DNA from: Pseudobacter sp.
GTDB taxonomy: Bacteria; Bacteroidota; Bacteroidia; Chitinophagales; Chitinophagaceae
Length of the DNA stretch: 64,000 nucleotides
NCBI RefSeq assembly: GCF_051955275.1
Contig: NZ_JBQCGW010000294.1
Coordinates: 695 to 64,694 of the forward strand
Direction of reading: 5' to 3'
Shown piece by piece: positions 18,551 through 26,458 of the stretch. The notes under the pieces were generated by a model that saw only the letters and a program-made list of their open reading frames with translations, did no database searches and was not told the origin of the DNA. A program made the translations under genes and the position numbers. Each line of letters starts with the position of its first letter. Position 1 is the first letter of the stretch.

Positions 18551-19720
18551 ATGACTCTCAAGAAAGCGTTAGGCAAACTGCACCTGTGGCTCGGACTTGC
18601 ATCCGGGCTTATCGTTTTTATAATAGCTATCACAGGTTGCATCTATGCCTTTCAGGCCGAGATCAGTGATCTCACCCAGCCATACCGCTTTGTAGAGAAG
18701 CAGAACAAGCCCATGCTTACTCCTTCCCGGTTCAGGCAGATCGCAGACAGCCTGATGCCGGATAAACATCCCCATAGTGTTACCTATGATAGTCGCGGCC
18801 GCGCGGCTACTATCGTTTATTATAGCCCCGAACCTGAATACTATTACGTAGTGTATGTTAACCAATACACTGGCGAGGTGTTGAAGGTAAAGGATATGAA
18901 TAAGGGAGATTTTTTCCGTTTTATACTGGATGGACATTTCTATCTCTGGTTACCTGATTCCATTGGACAGCCCATTGTGGCATGGAGCACTGTAGTATTT
19001 ATTATAATGATGATTTCGGGTATGGTTCTCTGGTGGCCCCGTAACAAGGCTGCACGTAAGCAACGCTTTAAAGTGAAGTTCAATGCAAGCTGGAAGAGAG
19101 TGAACTATGACCTGCATAATGTGCTTGGCTTTTACATGAGCTGGGTGGCCATTATCCTGGCCCTTACAGGGCTGGTATGGGGCTTTCAATGGTTTGCGAA
19201 AACATTGTATGCCGTTACCGGTGGTGAGAAAACCTATGAGTTCTATGAACCGCATTCTGCAGAAAAGAACAGGGCTGTTTATTCTGCTGCTACTGCCGCT
19301 GATGCCATTTATGTACGGATGAAAGCAGAGAATCCAACTGCTGATCTGATTGAAGTGCATTACCCGGATAGTGATTCCGCAGCACTGGGTGTATCCATCA
19401 ACCCCGATGGAGATACTTACTGGAAAGCAGACTACCGCTATTTCGATCAATATACCCTGAATGAAATTGAAGTAACACATATCTACGGTAAGTTCAGGGA
19501 TGCGAAGATGGCAGACAAGCTGGCGCGCATGAACTATGACCTGCATACCGGTGCAGTATGGGGATTGCCCGGCAAATTCCTGATGTTCTTCGCCAGTCTT
19601 ATTGCTGCCAGTCTGCCTGTAACGGGCTTCCTCCTCTGGCGCGGAAGGCACCGTGCAAAAAAGAAAAACACAAAAAGCGCCGGTGTTGCAAAAAAAGTTT
19701 TTGAGGTGCAGCAAGCCTGA
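18551..19720 (+). CDS. PepSY-associated transmembrane protein (possible iron reductase-like partner of TonB uptake systems)
   Basis: N-terminal ..KLHLWLGLASGLIVFIIAITG.. and the repeated TM pattern typical of PepSY_TM proteins. I prefer the ATG at 18551. Confidence 0.7.
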   Translation: MTLKKALGKLHLWLGLASGLIVFIIAITGCIYAFQAEISDLTQPYRFVEKQNKPMLTPSRFRQIADSLMPDKHPHSVTYDSRGRAATIVYYSPEPEYYYVVYVNQYTGEVLKVKDMNKGDFFRFILDGHFYLWLPDSIGQPIVAWSTVVFIIMMISGMVLWWPRNKAARKQRFKVKFNASWKRVNYDLHNVLGFYMSWVAIILALTGLVWGFQWFAKTLYAVTGGEKTYEFYEPHSAEKNRAVYSAATAADAIYVRMKAENPTADLIEVHYPDSDSAALGVSINPDGDTYWKADYRYFDQYTLNEIEVTHIYGKFRDAKMADKLARMNYDLHTGAVWGLPGKFLMFFASLIAASLPVTGFLLWRGRHRAKKKNTKSAGVAKKVFEVQQA

Positions 19721-19835
19721 TAAAAAGCGGCCTTTTTTTATTCGTCATTACTTTATTGCCTTTCGGTACCGCTTATCAGCGGTTCATTCAAAACACGTGG
19801 AAAATAAAAGTGTATTGTGCTGCAAATCAAGATAT

Positions 19836-19859
19836 TGATTAACGTCAATGATTATGCGA
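19836..19859 (+). promoter_or_regulatory. Conserved leader box A: TTGATTAACGTCAATGATTATGCG
   Basis: 21 of 24 positions identical to 20895-20918. Contains an imperfect inverted repeat TTGAt-N4-GTCAA. Confidence 0.4.
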
Positions 19860-20057
19860 TTCCACACTTCAGGGCTTTTATGTGAATATTTATTTTCTTT
19901 ACTTTGTTCCCGCAACATTGATCCAGGCTATGAAAAACAAGTGATAATTGCGTTCACTGACTTCAGAACGTTCCTCAATTATATCTTCTTGATTCTTCAT
20001 CCGCTTACAGGGTCCTCTACATAAGAGAATATTATCATCCAAAGCATATTAATAGTA

Positions 20058-20076
20058 TCAGGCAATATTGGCCTGA
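20058..20076 (+). promoter_or_regulatory. Conserved 5'-leader hairpin A (TCAGGC-aatattg-GCCTGA)
   Basis: Lies 68 nt upstream of the ATG. Its paralogue lies 67 nt upstream of the second gene, with a different loop and inner stem but preserved pairing. Confidence 0.4.
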
Positions 20077-20125
20077 AGGAAATCTTTTATTCAATATTCT
20101 CTAAACCCGTTTAAAAACAATTTCG

Positions 20126-20779
20126 ATGAAAAAGTCATTTCTGTTTTTCGGCACGCTTATGATGGCTGCCCTGAGCTTTACTTCCTGTAACAAGAACCTG
20201 AAAGATGATGTAAAGGCACTGAAGAAACAAAACTCTGAACTGCAGGAGCAACTTGGTGGTATTGCCAATGCGCTTGGATCCGATGAGCCTGTAAAGGCAA
20301 CTACCATTTTCAAGGACAGGGATAATGTAAGCCGCACCAAAACCGATACTTACATGTTTAAATCTTCCGGTGCTTCTACACAGGCTCTGGTGAAAAACCC
20401 CAATGGTACGTATGATATTTATATCGAACGTTTCATAGATGTAAACTGGAATGAAGGTGCCTGGGTTGCATTCAATTACAATCCCACTACAAAAGCTATT
20501 ACCAATAAAAGAGGTGGACAATACTGGGATGATTATGGCAATTATAGCCCCAGAGCCCGTTATGATGAAGATCAGTACAGTACCGGTCTTACATTTAATA
20601 TCAATATCAAGAGCATTGATCTGACCACTGGCGTAATTTCCCTTGAAGTGAACATGGCTGGTACAGAAGAATATTCAAACATTGTAGACAGTTATTATGT
20701 TCCCAGGCGCGGAGCTGCTGTAAGTACAACACTTTCGTTCAATGGCAAGTTGAGAATATATGAGCGTTATGAAAGCTAG
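20126..20779 (+). CDS. Lipoprotein of unknown function, paralogue A (coiled-coil N-terminus plus beta-rich domain)
   Basis: Signal peptide and lipobox LSFTSC. A heptad-like segment NKNLKDDVKALKKQNSELQEQLGGIANAL follows. I recognise no known domain. Confidence 0.75.
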   Translation: MKKSFLFFGTLMMAALSFTSCNKNLKDDVKALKKQNSELQEQLGGIANALGSDEPVKATTIFKDRDNVSRTKTDTYMFKSSGASTQALVKNPNGTYDIYIERFIDVNWNEGAWVAFNYNPTTKAITNKRGGQYWDDYGNYSPRARYDEDQYSTGLTFNINIKSIDLTTGVISLEVNMAGTEEYSNIVDSYYVPRRGAAVSTTLSFNGKLRIYERYES

Positions 20780-20807
20780 TCCTTCGTTGTAGTTCCGGCA
20801 TTAAATA

Positions 20808-20848
20808 AAGCAGGGCATTCCGGAAACGGGCGGCCCTGCTTGTTTAAT
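20808..20848 (+). terminator. Terminator of lipoprotein paralogue A
   Basis: A 9-bp stem AAGCAGGGC (20808-20816) / GCCCTGCTT (20833-20841), followed by GTTTAAT. Confidence 0.55.
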
Positions 20849-20894
20849 AAGAATTTTCATGTGAATACAATCTATTGTGTAGATGCATAAAATT

Positions 20895-20918
20895 TTGACT
20901 ATCGTCAATGAATATGCG
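20895..20918 (+). promoter_or_regulatory. Conserved leader box B: TTGACTATCGTCAATGAATATGCG
   Basis: Perfect 5-bp inverted repeat TTGAC-N4-GTCAA. Paralogous to 19836-19859. Confidence 0.4.
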
Positions 20919-21131
20919 TTTATTGATTTTTAGTTTTTAAAATCGATTTTTTTCTTTTCCTTTGTTGCGCAACAGAATCCGAACCATGAAAAACAAACCG
21001 ACTGCATTATTTGACCAACGCGTCACTCTCGCTTCACTCAATTAATTTCAACGAATTTGTTTTTCTCTCAACTGACCAGGATCTCCGGATCTTAGGGTAG
21101 TCTCTATTAAACCGTGTATGTCAAAATACAA

Positions 21132-21149
21132 CAGGCATTGTCATGCCTG
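21132..21149 (+). promoter_or_regulatory. Conserved 5'-leader hairpin B (CAGGCAT-tgtc-ATGCCTG)
   Basis: A 7-bp stem at the position equivalent to hairpin A. Confidence 0.4.
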
Positions 21150-21198
21150 ATGGAGAGCTTTTTCAATTATCTCTAAACCACATTAAAAATCAAATTCA

Positions 21199-21852
21199 AT
21201 GAAAAGATCATTTGTAGTTTTCAGCGCACTAGTTATTGCAGCACTTTCTTTCTCTTCCTGCAATAAGAATTTAAAAGATGATATCAAGGATTTACAAAGA
21301 GAGAACTCTGAAATGAAAGAAAAGCTGAATGGAATTGCCAATGCCCTGGGAACTGATGAGCCGATCACTGTAACTACTTCTTTCAAAGACAGGGATAATG
21401 TAGACCGTTCTGTAAAAGAAACTTATAGCTTCAAGTCTTCAGGTACTTCTACCCAATCAATGGTTAAGCAACCTAATGGAAAATATGATATCTATGTTGA
21501 GCGCTTCAGCGATGTGAACTGGAATGAATATGCATGGGTAGCCTTTACTTATGACCCTGCTACCAAAGCTATTACCAACAAGCGTGGTGGTCACTCCTGG
21601 GATGATTATGGTAACTATAACAGCAATGCTTATTTTAACGAGAACGATTATAGTACCGGTCTTACTTTCACTGTTAACATCAAGAGCATCGATCTTACCA
21701 CTGGCGTAATTTCCATGGATGTGACTATGTCAGGTACAGCCGAATTTTCCAATGGTTATGGCGGAAATGTTCCTAATACGAATTCTGCTGTAACTACCTC
21801 TTTCTCTTTTGATGGAAAGCTGAGAGTGTATACACAGGTTAATCCTGCATAA
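21199..21852 (+). CDS. Lipoprotein of unknown function, paralogue B
   Basis: Lipobox LSFSSC. Same length (217 aa) and architecture as 20126..20779. Confidence 0.75.
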   Translation: MKRSFVVFSALVIAALSFSSCNKNLKDDIKDLQRENSEMKEKLNGIANALGTDEPITVTTSFKDRDNVDRSVKETYSFKSSGTSTQSMVKQPNGKYDIYVERFSDVNWNEYAWVAFTYDPATKAITNKRGGHSWDDYGNYNSNAYFNENDYSTGLTFTVNIKSIDLTTGVISMDVTMSGTAEFSNGYGGNVPNTNSAVTTSFSFDGKLRVYTQVNPA

Positions 21853-21865
21853 TCAACTTGCAATA

Positions 21866-21905
21866 AAGAAAAACGGCCGTCCTGATCAGGACGGCCGTTT
21901 TCTTG
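21866..21905. terminator. Bidirectional terminator between lipoprotein B and hemL
   Basis: A perfect 30-nt palindrome AAACGGCCGTCCTGA|TCAGGACGGCCGTTT (21871-21900), flanked by an A-run and a T-run. Confidence 0.85.
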
Positions 21906-23195
21906 TTAAAGTATTTCTTTCAGGCTTTCTTCTGTTGCTTTGATAGTGGCATCCAGGTGTTCCTGGTGCATCGCATTATTCAGGAACCAGCTTTCAAATG
22001 CAGAAGGCGGCAGGTATACCCCGCGTTTCAGCATGGCATGGAAGTATTTTTTGAACAGCTCATTATTGGCTTCAGACGCAGAAGCAAAGTCCGTTACCGG
22101 TTTGTTGCTGAAATGCACGCTGATCATAGATCCCAGCTGGTTGATCACATAAGGGGTACCTGATGCTTTCAATACTTTATCCAGCCCGTCTCTCAGGTAA
22201 ACCGTTTTCTCGTCCAGCTCTTTCAGCAGGTTCGGTTGTTCATTCAGGATAGATAGCAACGTGTATCCTGCGATCATGGCAATAGGATTGCCGCTCAAAG
22301 TGCCGGCCTGGTAAACGCTGCCCAGTGGGGCTACCATTTCCATAATGGCGCGTTTGCCGCCGAATGCGCCAACAGGTAATCCACCTCCGATCACTTTGCC
22401 GTAGGTAACCAGGTCTGCATCGATGTTCAGTTTTTCCTGTGCTCCGCCGCGTGCAAGCCTGAAGCCCGTCATCACTTCATCAAAGATGAATACGATACCT
22501 TCTTTATCACAGATCGTACGGATCCCTTCCAGGAATCCGGGCTGCGGAATGATGCAACCCATATTGCCGGCCACAGGCTCAACAATGATGGCCGCCACCT
22601 GGTCTTTGTTCTCTGCCACCAGTCTTTCAACTGCAGCGAGGTCGTTGTAGGCGCAGGTAAGCGTATCGGCTGCCGTGCTGGCGGTAACGCCGGGAACAGC
22701 CTGAATATTCAGAGTGGCCACACCACTTCCCGCTTTTACCAGGAAGCTGTCGGCATGACCATGATAACAACCCTCAAACTTGATGATCTTGTTGCGGCCT
22801 GTGTAACCACGTGCTACACGGATAGCACTCATGCAGGCTTCTGTACCGCTGCTCACCATGCGGATGAGGTCAACATTTGGTGTCATGGAGCGGATAAGCT
22901 CTGCCATTTTTATTTCCAACTCTGTAGGCGCTCCGTATGAGGTGGAGTATACAGCCTGTTCCTGGATGGCTTTCACCAGCGGCTGATATGCATGCCCGAG
23001 GATCATTGGCCCCCAGGATGCGATATAATCGATGTAACGGTTACCGTCTACATCATACAGGTAAGTGCCTTCTGCATGTTGAATGAAGAGCGGCGTGCCG
23101 CCCACGCTTTTGAATGCACGAACAGGAGAGTTCACGCCGCCGGGAATGCTTTCCTTGGCGCGGTTGAACAGCTCAATGCTTTTGGTAGTATTCAT
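21906..23195 (-). CDS. hemL: Glutamate-1-semialdehyde 2,1-aminomutase
   Basis: 429 aa. Motifs ..GGVNSPVRAF.. and the class-III aminotransferase PLP region (..YGKVIGGGLPVGAFGG..). Confidence 0.95.
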   Translation of the reverse strand: MNTTKSIELFNRAKESIPGGVNSPVRAFKSVGGTPLFIQHAEGTYLYDVDGNRYIDYIASWGPMILGHAYQPLVKAIQEQAVYSTSYGAPTELEIKMAELIRSMTPNVDLIRMVSSGTEACMSAIRVARGYTGRNKIIKFEGCYHGHADSFLVKAGSGVATLNIQAVPGVTASTAADTLTCAYNDLAAVERLVAENKDQVAAIIVEPVAGNMGCIIPQPGFLEGIRTICDKEGIVFIFDEVMTGFRLARGGAQEKLNIDADLVTYGKVIGGGLPVGAFGGKRAIMEMVAPLGSVYQAGTLSGNPIAMIAGYTLLSILNEQPNLLKELDEKTVYLRDGLDKVLKASGTPYVINQLGSMISVHFSNKPVTDFASASEANNELFKKYFHAMLKRGVYLPPSAFESWFLNNAMHQEHLDATIKATEESLKEIL

Positions 23196-23221
23196 AGTAA
23201 GAATGTTAAGTTTGTTTCCGC

Positions 23222-23340
23222 TGTGCTCGGTAGCTCGCGTCCTCCCGAGTGACCGGTATTACGTCGCCTCCGGCGACACTGTGTTCGCCAGAGGCGAACA
23301 AATAGAAGTCACTCGCGGGGACGCGAGCGACTGGGCATAC
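23222..23340 (-). repeat. Hairpin-array intergenic element, copy 2 (hemB-hemL spacer)
   Basis: Degenerate first module (23233-23250), GTCGCC-tcc-GGCGAC (23263-23277), GTTCGCC-aga-GGCGAAC (23283-23299), GTCACTCGCG-ggga-CGCGAGCGAC (23308-23331). Confidence 0.85.
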
Positions 23341-23347
23341 TTTGAGT

Positions 23348-24322
23348 TTATCCGATCAGCCGCACTGCGTCTTTAGCAAAGTAAGTTGCAATCAGATCCG
23401 CGCCTGCGCGTTTGATAGCAGTGAGTGTTTCAAGGATGGCTTTGTCTTCATCCAGGAAGCCTGCTTTGGCAGCGGCTTTGATCATGCTGTACTCTCCGCT
23501 GATATTATAGGCGCTTACCGGAACGGTAACGGCATCCTTTACTTCACGGATGATGTCCAGGTAGGCAAGAGCCGGTTTCACCATAACAATGTCTGCGCCT
23601 TCTTCCACATCCATCAATGTTTCTTTGATGGCTTCCACGCGGTTTGCATAATTCATCTGGTAAGTCTTCTTATCACCAAAACCCGGCGCTGAATCCAGTG
23701 CATCACGGAAAGGTCCGTAGAAGCAGGATGCATATTTGGCACTGTAGCTCATGATGCCGGTGTTGGTGAAATTGTTTTCTTCCAGTGCTTCGCGGATAGC
23801 GCCGATGCGCCCATCCATCATATCGCTGGGTGCAACAAAGTCGGCGCCTGCCTGCGCGTGACTCACGCTCATGGCGGCCAGCACTTCAACGGTAGCATCG
23901 TTTACGATCACATGACCTTCAACGATACCATCATGGCCGTAAGAAGAGAAGGGATCGAGCGCCACATCGGTCATCACTACCATATCAGGACAGGAGTTCT
24001 TAACCGTTTTGATGGCGCGCTGCATCAGTCCGTCAGGATTCACAGCTTCACTTCCTTTATTGTCTTTCAGTTCGTCAGGCACTTTTACAAACAGCAGTAC
24101 GCTTTTCAGTCCCAGGCTCCAGAGCTCTTTCACTTCCCGCGCCAGTTGATCCAGGCTGAGCCTGTAATAGCCTGGCATGGTGCTGATCTCGTCTTTTACA
24201 TCTTTACCTTCCACAATAAACAATGGCACAATGAAATCATCCGGCCTGAGAATGGTTTCAGCCACCATCGAACGGATGGCGGGCGATTGACGGAGGATCC
24301 TGTTTCTTCTTTGTAAATACAT
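23348..24322 (-). CDS. hemB: Porphobilinogen synthase (delta-aminolevulinate dehydratase)
   Basis: 324 aa. Motifs ..RRNRILRQSPAIRSMVAET.., ..APSDMMDGR.. and ..MVKPALAYLDII.. typical of HemB. Confidence 0.95.
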   Translation of the reverse strand: MYLQRRNRILRQSPAIRSMVAETILRPDDFIVPLFIVEGKDVKDEISTMPGYYRLSLDQLAREVKELWSLGLKSVLLFVKVPDELKDNKGSEAVNPDGLMQRAIKTVKNSCPDMVVMTDVALDPFSSYGHDGIVEGHVIVNDATVEVLAAMSVSHAQAGADFVAPSDMMDGRIGAIREALEENNFTNTGIMSYSAKYASCFYGPFRDALDSAPGFGDKKTYQMNYANRVEAIKETLMDVEEGADIVMVKPALAYLDIIREVKDAVTVPVSAYNISGEYSMIKAAAKAGFLDEDKAILETLTAIKRAGADLIATYFAKDAVRLIG

Positions 24323-24358
24323 GATCGTTTTATTTTAGTGGGAGAACAGTATTCATCT

Positions 24359-25276
24359 TCATGCCCATTCTTTCGGATGGAGGCAGGCGTCCAGCAGGCG
24401 CTCTTCCCCGCTTCCGGAAGCGGGCTGATAATTGTATTCAAAGCGAACGGTAGGCGGCAGGCTCATCAGGATGCTTTCCGTACGGCCATTGGTCTTAAGG
24501 CCGAAGAGCGTACCTCTGTCGTGTACCAGGTTGAATTCAGTATAACGTCCACGGCGGATCTCCTGCCAGTGTTTGTGGCCTGCATTCCATTCCGTTTCTT
24601 TTCTCTTTTCCACGATGGGAACATAGGCTGAAATGAATGCATTTCCACATTCCTGCCCGAAGCGGAACCAGAAATCCACATCCCTGGTTCCGGTTGGGCG
24701 CTGGTGATCATAAAAGATGCCGCCGATTCCCCTGCGTTCATTGTTGCGGTGGGCGTTTACAAAGTAGTTATCGCACTCCCGCTTAAAGTCCGGATAAAAA
24801 GAAGGATCGAACTGATCGCATACATTTTTATAGGTACGATGAAAATGGGTGGCATCTTCGTCGATCAGGTAATAGGGCGTGAGGTCTGTGCCGCCACCGA
24901 ACCATCTGTCTGTTACCATATGGTTTTTATCGTACAGCTCAAACATCCTGTAATTGCAGTGCACGGTGGGAACAAAAGGGTTCAGCGGATGGATCACCAG
25001 TGACAGGCCGCAGGCGAACCAGTTATCTCCATCAATTTTCAACTGATGTCGCATGGCATCAGTAACGGAGCCATATACCACCGAAGTGTTGACGCCGCCT
25101 TTTTCAAATACTTTGCCGTTGGCAATCACGCGCGTTTTGCCGCCGCCGCCTTCCGGGCGCTGCCACTGGTCTTCCACAAACCGGGCCTGCCCGTCCGCTG
25201 CTTCCAGCGAGGCGCAGATGCGGTTCTGGAGGTCGTGGATATAAGCGATCCAGTTGTCTTTGATGGGATTGTTCAT
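24359..25276 (-). CDS. hemF: Oxygen-dependent coproporphyrinogen III oxidase
   Basis: 305 aa. Motifs ..WQRPEGGGGKTRV.., ..RRGIGGIFYD.. and ..RGRYTEFNLVHDRGTLFGL... Confidence 0.95.
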   Translation of the reverse strand: MNNPIKDNWIAYIHDLQNRICASLEAADGQARFVEDQWQRPEGGGGKTRVIANGKVFEKGGVNTSVVYGSVTDAMRHQLKIDGDNWFACGLSLVIHPLNPFVPTVHCNYRMFELYDKNHMVTDRWFGGGTDLTPYYLIDEDATHFHRTYKNVCDQFDPSFYPDFKRECDNYFVNAHRNNERRGIGGIFYDHQRPTGTRDVDFWFRFGQECGNAFISAYVPIVEKRKETEWNAGHKHWQEIRRGRYTEFNLVHDRGTLFGLKTNGRTESILMSLPPTVRFEYNYQPASGSGEERLLDACLHPKEWA

Positions 25277-25291
25277 TTGTTATTCTTTTTC

Positions 25292-25410
25292 GGTGTGCCC
25301 AGTAGCTCGCCTCTGGCGAGTTACTGCTATTTGTTCGCCTCCGGCGAACGGCGTGTCGCCGGAGGCGACGGAATAAACGTCACTCGCGGGACGCGAGCGA
25401 CTGGGTACAC
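25292..25410 (-). repeat. Hairpin-array intergenic element, copy 3 (hemE-hemF spacer), best preserved
   Basis: H1 25303-25323, H2 GTTCGCC-tcc-GGCGAAC 25333-25349, H3 GTCGCC-gga-GGCGAC 25355-25369, H4 GTCACTCGCG-gga-CGCGAGCGAC 25379-25401. The outer ~18 nt form an imperfect inverted repeat. Confidence 0.9.
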
Positions 25411-25414
25411 GCAA

Positions 25415-26443
25415 TTATTTCTTCGTATATGCCTTAACGGTATTAACGAAAGCTTTTGCGTGATCAACGGGTACATTGGGCAAAATGCCGTGGCCAAGGT
25501 TGGCAATATGTTTGTAACCGCCGAACCCGTCGAGCATTTTTGTTACTTCTTTCTCGATCTCGGGGATCGGAGCCAGCAGTTTTGCAGGATCGAAATTGCC
25601 TTGCAATACAACCTTGCCGCCGGCGAGCTGGCGGGCGAATTGAGGCGTATTGCACCAGTCGATGCCCAGGCCATGAGCGCCTGTGGCAGCCATGCGGTCC
25701 AGGCTATGCCAGGCGCCTTTGGCGAAGATGATGGTGAGCACTTCCTCTTTCAGTGCCTCCACGATCTGGCGGATATACCGGAGGCTCCAGGTTTCAAAAT
25801 CATCCTGGCTCAGCAGGCCACCCCAACTGTCGAAGATCTGGATTACGTCAACACCTGCCTGCACCTGACCTTTCAGGTAAGCGATGGTAGTGTCTGTGAT
25901 CATCTGCAGTAACTGGTGTGCAGTTTCTGGTTGCGTATAACAAAAGGCCTTGGCCTCGTCGAAAGTTTTGGAGCCCTTGCCCTGTACCATATAGCAGAGG
26001 AGTGTCCAGGGAGCGCCGGCAAAGCCGATCAATGGTACACGGCCGGCCAGTGTTTTTTTGGTGAGGCGAAGTGCATCATATACATAACCCAGGCTTTCAT
26101 TCACATCGGGAACACGAAGCCTGGTGAGGTCGCTGTATTGTTTGATGGGATCGGGCAGGAATGGTCCCTTGCTTTCTATCATCTGCACTTCCAGGCCCAT
26201 GGCCTCAGGCACTACCAGGATGTCTGAAAAGATGATGGCTGCATCCACACCCACCTGCTCAACCGGTTGAATGGTGATTTCGGTAGCCAGTTCGGGTATG
26301 CGGCACCGTTCGAAGAAGGTGTATTTTGCCTTCAGTTTCATATAGTCGGGGAGATAACGGCCTGCCTGGCGCATCATCCATACTGGTGTACGTTCAGTGG
26401 CTTCTCCTCTCAGTGTTCTTAATAACAGGTCGTTTTGCAGCAT
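25415..26443 (-). CDS. hemE: Uroporphyrinogen decarboxylase
   Basis: 342 aa. N-terminal ..RTPVWMMRQAGRYLPDY.. is the HemE signature. Confidence 0.95.
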   Translation of the reverse strand: MLQNDLLLRTLRGEATERTPVWMMRQAGRYLPDYMKLKAKYTFFERCRIPELATEITIQPVEQVGVDAAIIFSDILVVPEAMGLEVQMIESKGPFLPDPIKQYSDLTRLRVPDVNESLGYVYDALRLTKKTLAGRVPLIGFAGAPWTLLCYMVQGKGSKTFDEAKAFCYTQPETAHQLLQMITDTTIAYLKGQVQAGVDVIQIFDSWGGLLSQDDFETWSLRYIRQIVEALKEEVLTIIFAKGAWHSLDRMAATGAHGLGIDWCNTPQFARQLAGGKVVLQGNFDPAKLLAPIPEIEKEVTKMLDGFGGYKHIANLGHGILPNVPVDHAKAFVNTVKAYTKK

Positions 26444-26458
26444 CTGTATTATTATTAA

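Larger units (their letters stand above)
19811..21852 (+). repeat. Tandem duplication of a ~1.07-kb module (long leader plus 217-aa lipoprotein gene)
   Basis: Start codons at 20126 and 21199, a 1073-bp period. The proteins align almost without gaps (one 1-residue shift near the C-terminus) at roughly 60-65% identity by hand count. Leader blocks are conserved (see 19836/20895 and 20058/21132). Confidence 0.9.

Noticed and set aside
19930-19947. A conserved ATGAAAAACAA in both lipoprotein leaders (19930 and 20986) as a possible leader peptide.
   Set aside because: The downstream reading frames differ completely (4 codons in one, 19 in the other). Conservation is therefore at the nucleotide level and not of a peptide.
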